In this document: positions 56,239 through 64,000 of the stretch, in pieces | Numbering within the stretch: position 1 is the first letter of the stretch | Layout of the letters: the number at the start of each line of letters is the position of its first letter | Assembly (NCBI GenBank): GCA_965140785.1 | Contig: OZ223521.1 | Location: 1-64,000, forward strand | Length of the DNA: 64,000 nucleotides | From: an uncultured Ruficoccus sp. | GTDB taxonomy: Bacteria > Verrucomicrobiota > Verrucomicrobiia > Opitutales > Cerasicoccaceae | Reading direction: 5' to 3' | Notes under the pieces: generated by a model | The model's database searches: none | What the model was told of the DNA's origin: nothing | The model's input: the letters and a program-made list of their open reading frames with translations, nothing else | Made by a program: the position numbers and the translations under genes

Positions 56239-57282
56239 CTAAGCCTGCTGGGCGCGCAGCGTCGTGCCTTGCCGCCAGGTGCCCTCGACGAGAATGCGGA
56301 CGGGGGTGGCCGGGATCCCGTGCTCTCCGCGCTGGAGCATGCCCACCAGAAAGTCCACCGCAGTCTGGCCGATGAGGCGCCCGTTCTGGTCAACCCCGGC
56401 GCGCGTCTTGTCATCGGCCCCGAGCGAAAGCCAGGCGCAGCCGACATCCTCTGGCACGCGTACACCGAGGTCGCCCAGCCACTCGTCGATCTCATGGTCG
56501 ATGTCGCTGATCACGACATCCGGGCGGTTTTTCAGATACCACGCCTGGAAAAGCTCGCGGTCGTCCACCCCTTCGCTGCCCATGTAGGCGGTCACGTGCT
56601 TGCGGTCCGGATGACGCTGGCAGTAGCGCCAGTAGCCGGTCGTGTAGGCGTTGTCGGTTTTGTTGTCCACGTAATCGTGCAGGTACAGCCCGATGCGCTG
56701 GTAGCCCAGCTCCGTGATCTTGTCGAGCGCCAGGCTCACGCTGTGAAACTGGTGGTTGGTCACCAGATGGAAGACGTGCGGCACGATGCTGTAGCCGAAC
56801 GAGATGGTCGAAAAGAGTTTGTACTCCAGGGGCAAGCGGTTGGCCTGGGTGGGGAGGGGAGGCAGGAGAAGGCCGGTGATGCCGCGGCTGTTCAAAACCC
56901 GGGAGAGGCGTTGCGGGCTCATGTCGCTTTCACACAGGCGGAACTCCTCCAGTTCGTAGCCCAGTTGTCGGGCGCGTTCGCCGGCACCAAGGTAGTACTC
57001 ATTAAAGGTGGGCTGGTCACGCAGGCGAAGTTTGGCTTCGTTGGTCCAAGTGTCGATCCAGGCGAGGGTGGACTGGTAATGGACCGTGAGTTTGGTTTTG
57101 CGGTAGGCGTTGAGCGCAGCCAGGGCCGGATCGGGAGTGTAACCAAGCTTGCGGGCGATCGCTTTGATCTTATCCCGTACAGGAGCGGAAACCCTCGGGT
57201 GGTCGCGCAGGGCCAGGCTGACCGTGCTGTAGTGGACATCTGCCTCGGCGGCGATGTCTCTCAGAGTGACCCGGGCTTTCAC
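56239..57282 (-). CDS. LacI-family transcriptional regulator (Opitutae-type)
   Basis: TLRDIAAEADVHYSTVSLALR, LGYTPDP, periplasmic-binding-like C-terminal domain. Confidence 0.93.
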   Translation of the reverse strand: MKARVTLRDIAAEADVHYSTVSLALRDHPRVSAPVRDKIKAIARKLGYTPDPALAALNAYRKTKLTVHYQSTLAWIDTWTNEAKLRLRDQPTFNEYYLGAGERARQLGYELEEFRLCESDMSPQRLSRVLNSRGITGLLLPPLPTQANRLPLEYKLFSTISFGYSIVPHVFHLVTNHQFHSVSLALDKITELGYQRIGLYLHDYVDNKTDNAYTTGYWRYCQRHPDRKHVTAYMGSEGVDDRELFQAWYLKNRPDVVISDIDHEIDEWLGDLGVRVPEDVGCAWLSLGADDKTRAGVDQNGRLIGQTAVDFLVGMLQRGEHGIPATPVRILVEGTWRQGTTLRAQQA

Positions 57283-57283
57283 G

Positions 57284-57350
57284 TCAACAATGTGTCGTCA
57301 TACAAAGTCATGTGTCAATCTCAACCCGGCGCAAAATCAACAGTGTGACT
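57284..57350. promoter_or_regulatory. Two operator sites in the lacI/dehydrogenase divergent promoter
   Basis: TCAACAATGTGT (57284) and ATCAACAGTGTGACT (57336). Confidence 0.7.
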
Positions 57351-57394
57351 CGTGTGCGACTGGAGCTTTACGCGCAAAATCGTAGATTAGGGGT

Positions 57395-58441
57395 ATGTCC
57401 ACCGAGAGCCCCCGGATTTCTCATGAACGCCCCTGCGCCGACCCTACTACTCCGGGCAAGGTGTTGCTTGCACTCAGTGCCGACGAAATGGCTTTGTTTT
57501 TCCCGGAGGGCTTTGATGGTGGCGGGGCCACGGTCGAGTGGAAGGAACCGGCGCTGAAGACTCAGGTGCTTTATGACATGCTCCAGCATGCGCAACCGGA
57601 TGTCGTCGTGACGGCCTGGACCACGCCTGCCTTTGAGGTGGAGTGGCTGGATGAATTTCCAGCTCTGCGCTACATTTGCCATGCCAGCGGATCGGTGCGT
57701 AATCTGGTCCCGCGCGTTTTCCTGGAGCGGGGCGTCCTGGTCAGCAACTGGGGGACACTGGCCGCCAGTAATGTGGCCGAGCATGCGTTGCTCCTGACCC
57801 TCGCCGGCTTGCGACGGATGAGCGAATGGTCGAGTGTCATCAGCGGCCAGCGACCGTGGCAGCCGTCGCCGATTGTCACCCGGACGCTTTTCCGCAAACG
57901 GGTGGGTGTGCATGGGATGGGCAATGTCGCCCAGTGCCTGGTTCGGCTGCTGGCGTGCTTCGAGGTCAGTGTCTCGGCCTACTCGGAAGGTGTCCCGCAG
58001 GAGCTGTATGACCGCTGTGGTGTGAAGCGCTGCGAGCGGCTCGAAGACCTTTTTGCCGACAACGACATCGTGATCGAGTGCGAGGCCCTGAGTGCGCATA
58101 CGCAGGGGATCGTCACGCGCGAGATCCTCAACCGGCTCCCGTACGGGGCGCTCTTTGTCAATGTCGGACGCGGTGCCGTGGTGGACGAGGCCGCGCTGGC
58201 CGAGCTGGCGAGAGCGGGCCGTTGCCATGTGGCGCTGGATGTTTACGAGACCGACCCGATCGATCCGCAGTCCCCGCTACATGAGGTGGAGGATGGAGTG
58301 CTCTCCCCGCATATCGCCGGACCGACCTCGGACCAGTTCGCCTGTTGTGGCCAACTGGCCATGCGCAACGTGCGCGCTTTTCTGGCCGGGGAACCGGTTG
58401 AGGCCGTGGTCGATTTGCCGATCTATGACCGTTCGACCTAG
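57395..58441 (+). CDS. D-isomer-specific 2-hydroxyacid dehydrogenase family
   Basis: VAEHAL, GVHGMGNVA, FVNVGRGAVVDE, ALDVY..P, SPHIAG. Confidence 0.92.
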   Translation: MSTESPRISHERPCADPTTPGKVLLALSADEMALFFPEGFDGGGATVEWKEPALKTQVLYDMLQHAQPDVVVTAWTTPAFEVEWLDEFPALRYICHASGSVRNLVPRVFLERGVLVSNWGTLAASNVAEHALLLTLAGLRRMSEWSSVISGQRPWQPSPIVTRTLFRKRVGVHGMGNVAQCLVRLLACFEVSVSAYSEGVPQELYDRCGVKRCERLEDLFADNDIVIECEALSAHTQGIVTREILNRLPYGALFVNVGRGAVVDEAALAELARAGRCHVALDVYETDPIDPQSPLHEVEDGVLSPHIAGPTSDQFACCGQLAMRNVRAFLAGEPVEAVVDLPIYDRST

Positions 58442-58642
58442 TGGATGGCGATTTCCCGCATCCGTCACTCTCTCGCCCCGTATTGCTTGGATAACCCCGC
58501 GTGACCATGACCTTTTCCGCCCCTGACCCTATCTGGCTTTCTTCGGTGAGTTCCGCGTTGACCGACCGCCGCGCGCTCGATGATTTTAAAAGCGTCGCAC
58601 CGTCGGAGGCATGCCCTTGTCTCCTGCGTAAGGAGGACACTG

Positions 58643-60058
58643 ATGTCTAAAGACCCGACAGAAACGAGCGACATGCCGACACTCCCCGCCGAAGAGCCGA
58701 ACCCAGCGCAAGACTCCGGACCCAAGACCTGGAGCGTGGGCACGCTGCGCTACACACGCAACGGGCTGATCGCGCTCTTCGCGATTCTGCTCTTGGGTGA
58801 CTTCGCCTGGTCCATGCGGGACCGTTCGGTCGGGCCGATGGCGCAGTGGTTTCTGGATCATCAGAACGTGCCCAGCCTGGTTTTCGGGCTACTGGTGAGT
58901 TCTTTTCCGGCGTTGATCGGGATGGTCCTGGGGCCCGTCATCAGCGTGAAGTCCGACCGCCATCGGGGGCGCTGGGGGCGGCGTATTCCCTTCCTGCTGG
59001 TGACCACGCCGGTCGCGGCGGCGGGCATGATCGGCCTTGGGGTGACGCCGCACATCGCCGCCTGGGGACACGCGACTTTTCCCAATGAAAGCGAGGTCCT
59101 GATTTCGGTCCTGTGCTTCGGGGTTTTCTGGGCCATGTTCGAGGTGGCGACCATCGCCAGCCAGGCGGTCTTCGGCGGCCTGGTCAACGACGTGGTCCCG
59201 CAGCCGCTGCTCGGGCGCTTCTACGGGCTTTTTCGGGCCGTCAGCCTGATCGACGGGATGGTTTTCAACTACTGGATCATGGGCAAGGTGCCCAGCCACT
59301 TTACGGTCATCCTGGTCGGGGTCGGGATCTTCTACGGAGGCGCGTTCCTGTGGGTCTGCCTGCGGGTCAAGGAGGGGAAATACCCGCCGCCTCCGCCGCC
59401 GTCCGAGCAGAAGGGCCTCAAGGGGGCGGCGCTCGGCGTGCGCGGCTACCTGCGTGAGTGTTTTTCAAATCCGTATTACCTCTGCGTTTTCATTTTGCTG
59501 ATGGCCGCGCAGTTGTCCTTTATGCCGGTCAACGTGTTTGCGATCCCCTTTGCCCGGAGCGTGGGGGTGGACATGGACGTTTACGGCAAGTACCTGGCGC
59601 TGACCTTTCTGATCTCGCTATGCCTGTCGTATCCGCTGGGCTGGATGGCGGATCTGTTCCATCCGCTGCGGATGGCGATCGGCACCATGGTCGGCTACGC
59701 GCTGGTGACGGCCTGGGGGTGGGCTCACGCGGACAGCTCCCATTATTTCCTGTCTGCGTGGGTGATGCACGGCGTGCTCTCGGGCTGCTACTTTACGAGC
59801 GCGGCTTCGCTCATGCAGCGGCTCTTCCCGCATGAGAAATTCGCCCAGTTCGCCTCGGCCGCAGGGATGCTCATGGCTCCGATGAGCATGGCCATCGCGC
59901 CCGTCATTGGTAGCATTATCGATGTGAGCGGCGGGGTGTACCGCTACACCTTTGCCGGGGGGTGCGTGTTGTCCGTCCTGGCTCTCGGGGCCGGGTTCGT
60001 CGTGCACGCACGCTTCATGAAGCTCGGCGGTCCGAAAAACTACGTGGCACCGCAGTAA
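58643..60058 (+). CDS. MFS transporter (GPH/SLC45-like sugar transporter)
   Basis: 12 TMs; SDRHRGRWGRRIPF; AGGAGG RBS before ATG 58643. Confidence 0.9.
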   Translation: MSKDPTETSDMPTLPAEEPNPAQDSGPKTWSVGTLRYTRNGLIALFAILLLGDFAWSMRDRSVGPMAQWFLDHQNVPSLVFGLLVSSFPALIGMVLGPVISVKSDRHRGRWGRRIPFLLVTTPVAAAGMIGLGVTPHIAAWGHATFPNESEVLISVLCFGVFWAMFEVATIASQAVFGGLVNDVVPQPLLGRFYGLFRAVSLIDGMVFNYWIMGKVPSHFTVILVGVGIFYGGAFLWVCLRVKEGKYPPPPPPSEQKGLKGAALGVRGYLRECFSNPYYLCVFILLMAAQLSFMPVNVFAIPFARSVGVDMDVYGKYLALTFLISLCLSYPLGWMADLFHPLRMAIGTMVGYALVTAWGWAHADSSHYFLSAWVMHGVLSGCYFTSAASLMQRLFPHEKFAQFASAAGMLMAPMSMAIAPVIGSIIDVSGGVYRYTFAGGCVLSVLALGAGFVVHARFMKLGGPKNYVAPQ

Positions 60059-60145
60059 GTCCGGGCCGGTGGACACGTTTAGAGCCCATTCTCGGAAGGG
60101 TTGGAAAGCAACACACGCCCATCCTACAAGCATTTTAGGAATGGT

Positions 60146-60212
60146 TTTAACCACAGATGGGCACAGATAGAGCTGAAATAATCTGTGTCCATCTGTGTCA
60201 TCTGTGGTTAAA
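60146..60212. repeat. 9/10-nt-periodic inverted repeat (CACAGAT core) with TTTAACC ends
   Basis: TTTAACCACAGATGGGCACAGAT ... ATCTGTGTCCATCTGTGTCATCTGTGGTTAAA. Confidence 0.85.
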
Positions 60213-60356
60213 TATAAAGCTATTTACGGCTACGGCTTTATTTAACTACTCTAGCCAGTTGCACCCCGGCGGGTGATCAAGAGGAAGGGCGGAACGATCT
60301 CGCTGCGGTCCTGCAGCGCGCGGAACACGATTGAACGGCCCTGATGCTCCCTGCAG

Positions 60357-60378
60357 CCTTCGCGCCTTGGCGGTTAAT
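60357..60378. repeat. Lone half-site of the 4728-4889 repeat family
   Basis: CCTTCGCGCCTTGGCGGTTAAT versus 4869-4890 CCTTCGCGTCTTTGCGGTTAAT. Confidence 0.7.
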
Positions 60379-60401
60379 CCCCCTGGTCAATCGCGACGCT
60401 C

Positions 60402-61142
60402 TTAGCGCGTTGCTGGTTGGGGCGCGCTCTCGAAGAAATTGCGGACCATGAGCTCGCGGGTGTTGGGACGGTCGCGGCTGGGGGGCTGGTCGAGCAGCAC
60501 GATGCTCGAGCGCGTATTGGGGAGCGTCACCTGCGGGTTGCTGGTGCGCAGGGTCCATTCCCCGTCTTCCCAGACCGCCGCTTGTAACCAGGTCTGGTGC
60601 TTGCCCTCGGCGTAGTCGAAGAGTGCGGTTTGCCCGGGGTTAAGCTCAACGATCTTGTCGCCGACCTTGGCCATGGTCTTGCGCCGGGAGAAGTTAAAAA
60701 TCCTGATCGTGCCCAGCGGGTGCTCCTGCCAGGAGTCTTCCACCACGTGGCTGCGGATGTCGAATTTGTCAGCCGGGTTGACCTGCATGAAAACGAGATA
60801 GGGGCCGCCGTTGCCGAGCTTAAACGTGCTCAGCGTCTCTTTCGTCGGAGCGGTGTTGGGCTCGACGGCGGGAATCACACGGTACAGCTCCACCTCCTGC
60901 CCGGCGTCGGCCCGGCGGGGAGAGGATAACGACGTGCTGCCGGCGGAAATCCGGATGGGCTTGTCGTGGTAATCGTAAAAGACATTCGAGACCGGCGCTC
61001 CCAACGCGAGCATCCGGAAGGTGACAGGCTGGCTCTTGCTGCTCGCTCCCTGTCCATACCCGCCCAGCGGGAGCCCCGCGCCCAAAGCGAGCGCGCAGGC
61101 GAGGGGGAGGAGGGACTTTAGATTTCTTCGGAAGAGAGCCAT
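60402..61142 (-). CDS. Secreted hypothetical protein coupled to the cassette-A-like gene
   Basis: Signal peptide; beta-rich; GTIRIFNFS; overlaps the end of the upstream gene. Confidence 0.75.
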   Translation of the reverse strand: MALFRRNLKSLLPLACALALGAGLPLGGYGQGASSKSQPVTFRMLALGAPVSNVFYDYHDKPIRISAGSTSLSSPRRADAGQEVELYRVIPAVEPNTAPTKETLSTFKLGNGGPYLVFMQVNPADKFDIRSHVVEDSWQEHPLGTIRIFNFSRRKTMAKVGDKIVELNPGQTALFDYAEGKHQTWLQAAVWEDGEWTLRTSNPQVTLPNTRSSIVLLDQPPSRDRPNTRELMVRNFFESAPQPATR

Positions 61143-64000
61143 TGGAAAGCAACGATTTTGAATTTACGGCCAAAGCTTTTGTTGGCCGCGTTGAGGGCGG
61201 TGAGGGTGTCCTCGGGCGCGTTGCCGCTCGGGTCGGCATATTCGGGTTCGCGCTGAACGATGGCCTCGCACCAGGCGCGTGCCAGTGGCTCGCCCGTGAA
61301 CGGGTCGGTGACCTCGCCGTAGCTGCGGATGCGAAAGGTGTCGGAACGGGCGCTCAGCCCCGCGCCGATAGCCGAGAGGATATCGGCCTGGGTGAGGAAC
61401 TGCGGCGCGAAGGCGGACAGTGAGCCCGTGGGCACATTGGCGTCAAAGCTGCCGCTGTAGCCCTGCATCAGCTCCGCGTCGTAAACATCGGACACGTTGC
61501 TGTAGTTGGGCACCTCGTCCATGTGGAAGGGGTTGCTGCCGGAGTAGCCGTAGGCGGTGTCTTCACCGCTGTTGGCGGCCCCGGTGCCGGAGGGGGTGGC
61601 GTCGATGGCGGCTTGGAGGGCCCCCTTGAAGCGTTCGTCCTCGGCGGTGTTCGGGTTGTCTACCAGACGGCGGTTGATAAAGTCGGCCATCGAGACGAAG
61701 GGGCCGCGGGCGCGGATCTCGGTCACGATGTTGTGGGCCAGCTCTGCGATCTGCTCCTCGGTCAACTGTCGGTAGCCTTTCCAGGCCCAGGCCTGGTCGG
61801 TGTCCACCGCGGGCTCGCCGGTGGGCTTGCTGAAGCGCGAGAGCGCGGCGGCCAGCGTGTTGCCGGAAGAGGACTGGTTCTCTGGATCGTAGGGGAGCTG
61901 GTTGATGCCGCCCAGCACAGCCCGCCAAGCCTGCTCGGAGGTGGAGTTGACATTAAACCCGCCTTCCAGTTTCAGCTCACCGGCGGCCAGGCTGGCATTG
62001 CGCAGGTCCTCGTCGGTGGCGGTGTCGGTGCGGACTATCCGGGGGTTGGGCAGCGGAGAGGGGATGGCCGTGGAGTCGGTATCTGTCGAAGTCCCGGTAC
62101 CCGCGTGCGGCACCGTGGAGACGAAATACTGGTCCCACAGCGCACGGTTGAGCAGCCACGAAATATCGTAGTACGAGTCCATCAGGTTGGATGGGGCCAA
62201 CGTTTCGCTCAGGTTACGAAGAAGTTGGCCGCGGCTATCTCGGAAGTGGAAGTCACCGAGGCTGTTACCTATTGGGTAGGCTGGGTAGGTGTTGACGTAG
62301 GAAAGATTGGCGTGCTGGAGCTGCCCGAGGCTGAGCAAAGGCTGGTCGCTGGGGCGGAACTCAAAGAGCGTGGCATCTACGATGCTTGAGCCCGAGTCAA
62401 GGTTTGGCCCAGCCGAAGCGCGCAGCCCATCAGTGTTTCGGGTGAACTGGTCCACGATACTGTCCATGCCGCCACCCGCGCTGATGTTCGTGGGGTTTTT
62501 GCTGATCGTGCGCAATGTGTATAGAGAGCGCGGGTTGCTCTGGGCGAGCCAGCGCACATCAGGATAGGTCTTGGTCTGAAGGCTTTCGCCGAAATTGCGC
62601 ATGATGAAGAGGGACGAGGTCGGCTGATAGACGCCGCCCAGTTGCGCGGGCTGCTGGAAGTATTCGTTGCGGTTGTTAAAGATATTATAGTTGCCGTCCA
62701 CGGCGGGCGAGATGCGAGTAATGAGCTGATACCATTGCTTGTCGTTTGAGTCGTCGGTGACGACATTGCGGCTGGCGCTGTCGCGGACTTCTCCCAGATA
62801 GGCGTTGAGCTCGCCGCCGGACAGGCTGAAGGCTCCCGAGTCATAACCGTTTTTATTGTCGCGGTCGATGATCAGGTGAGCACCCGTGACGCGGAACCTT
62901 TTCTGTTGCAACACCGGATTTCCCTCTCCATCGGTACCGGCGGGCTCGAAATCATCTGAGTCAAAAACCGCTCCGTTGTTCAAGAGCACATGGCCATAGG
63001 TGTCGAGCCCGTTGGTGAGCGTGTTCTGGGGTTCCTGGTCTTTGTCAGCCTTATAGTCCTTGCCGATCTCGCTGTCTTGGAGGGTGAAGATCAGGCTCTG
63101 GCCCGGGGGAATGGCCGGACAGTCCACCTTGAAGCGCACATAGCTGTAGGCATCCCCTGTGCCCGCCAGTTTACCACCTCGGTTAAAGTCCACGGTTTCC
63201 TTGACGGCCCAGCCGTCCTTTCCAGGGTCTTTGCTGTCGTTATAAACCTTGGTGTCATCTTCGACCTGGAGCTGGTACTCGCCCCGGTTGTAAGCCATGA
63301 TGCCGACCTCGTACTCGTGGGCTTTGATCGTGGTGGTGTAGGGGTTCCACAGGACGACGAGGGGGAACATGGCCACCTGGATGGGTTCGCCGGGGGCGGC
63401 GCCGTTGGGGGCGGCGTATTGGAGGCCGAGCGAGAAGTAGGAGAGGACCGGGGCGATGCCGACATCGGTCCGGGTGGGCAGGCGCGGGTCGAGCCCGCCG
63501 GTGCTGGCCGTGGTCTGTGCGAAGGAGCGCAGCGCGCCCCAGGTGGGGACGCCGAAGAGGTCGCCGGAGGAAAGGCTCTCGGCGGCGAAGATCGTGTCCG
63601 AGTCAGCCGGGCTGGTGGCTCCGGTGGCGAGGACGGCGGAGAGGTCCTGCTTGAGGCCCCCGGCGTAGGTGTCCGTGAGCAGCGAGTAGGAGTAGGGGGT
63701 CAGGTCGTGGAAGCGGTGCTTGACGGCGGTGCTCATGCTGGCGGCGTCCTGCGCCACCATAGGCAGGTCGTCGAGCGAGTTGAGCTTGGTCAGGGTGCCG
63801 CTGGCGGGGTCGTAGTTCGTGCCGATGAGGTTGGCCGTGCTGTAGGTGTCCCCGGCCACTTTATTAACCAGCTCGATAGCGTTGCGTTGCGAGGAGACAA
63901 AAGCGGCGGCGAGCTGGTTGTTTCCGGCCATGGGCAGTGAGACGCTGGCCTTGGTGCCTTCGTCACCGATCCACCAGGCGTAGCGGCCCTCTGTGCCGCC
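61118..64000 (-). CDS. Large Verru_Chthon cassette protein A-like (PilX/GspK-like) protein; 5' end outside the window
   Basis: The frame stays open to 64000 (GRYAWWIGDEGTKA); GGLKQDLS, LWNPY, FNVNSTSEQAW, GPFVSMADFINR, ARSDTFRIRSYG, AWCEAIVQR, FGRKFKIVAFQWL. Confidence 0.8.
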   Translation of the reverse strand, partial: GGTEGRYAWWIGDEGTKASVSLPMAGNNQLAAAFVSSQRNAIELVNKVAGDTYSTANLIGTNYDPASGTLTKLNSLDDLPMVAQDAASMSTAVKHRFHDLTPYSYSLLTDTYAGGLKQDLSAVLATGATSPADSDTIFAAESLSSGDLFGVPTWGALRSFAQTTASTGGLDPRLPTRTDVGIAPVLSYFSLGLQYAAPNGAAPGEPIQVAMFPLVVLWNPYTTTIKAHEYEVGIMAYNRGEYQLQVEDDTKVYNDSKDPGKDGWAVKETVDFNRGGKLAGTGDAYSYVRFKVDCPAIPPGQSLIFTLQDSEIGKDYKADKDQEPQNTLTNGLDTYGHVLLNNGAVFDSDDFEPAGTDGEGNPVLQQKRFRVTGAHLIIDRDNKNGYDSGAFSLSGGELNAYLGEVRDSASRNVVTDDSNDKQWYQLITRISPAVDGNYNIFNNRNEYFQQPAQLGGVYQPTSSLFIMRNFGESLQTKTYPDVRWLAQSNPRSLYTLRTISKNPTNISAGGGMDSIVDQFTRNTDGLRASAGPNLDSGSSIVDATLFEFRPSDQPLLSLGQLQHANLSYVNTYPAYPIGNSLGDFHFRDSRGQLLRNLSETLAPSNLMDSYYDISWLLNRALWDQYFVSTVPHAGTGTSTDTDSTAIPSPLPNPRIVRTDTATDEDLRNASLAAGELKLEGGFNVNSTSEQAWRAVLGGINQLPYDPENQSSSGNTLAAALSRFSKPTGEPAVDTDQAWAWKGYRQLTEEQIAELAHNIVTEIRARGPFVSMADFINRRLVDNPNTAEDERFKGALQAAIDATPSGTGAANSGEDTAYGYSGSNPFHMDEVPNYSNVSDVYDAELMQGYSGSFDANVPTGSLSAFAPQFLTQADILSAIGAGLSARSDTFRIRSYGEVTDPFTGEPLARAWCEAIVQREPEYADPSGNAPEDTLTALNAANKSFGRKFKIVAFQWLSSEEI

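Overview
High-GC bacterial chromosome segment, most likely Verrucomicrobiota (Opitutae-like). This is inferred from the PEP-CTERM protein, a Verru_Chthon-cassette-A-like protein and the rplY-pth-rpsF-ssb gene order. From 1 to 38.2 kb it is mostly core genome: an LpxL-type acyltransferase, a GT9 heptosyltransferase fused to a GNAT domain, mreBCD-mrdA, a sigma54 activator, an EPS export locus (beta-barrel, Wza, Wzc, O-antigen-ligase/TPR), an LpxO-like hydroxylase, an EVE protein, kinases, cca, cysH, galE, sthA, tRNA-Val, ssb/rpsF/pth/rplY and tRNA-Asn. From about 38.3 to 49.3 kb lies a decayed genomic island at tRNA-Asn. It holds att-like arm/IHF sites, an AAA_25 ATPase, a truncated IS3 with a duplicated end, serine- and tyrosine-recombinase remnants, and arylsulfatase/FadL/AraC cargo. 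From 49.3 to 64 kb is a LacI-regulated glycan-use locus with no SusC/D (CE7, GH3, deacetylase, PEP-CTERM, CBM, dehydrogenase, MFS), next to a pilin-cassette-like operon that runs off the window. The most unusual signals are: (i) 7/8/9-nt-periodic inverted-repeat cassettes, several ending in TTAAC, in every non-overlapping junction of the mre operon; (ii) a five-site operator motif defining the LacI regulon; (iii) a G7 tract that frameshifts the PEP-CTERM gene; (iv) an unannotated 47-aa membrane peptide divergent from the sigma54 activator; (v) an orphan small transcription unit after cysH. All calls come from motif recognition by eye; no searches were run.
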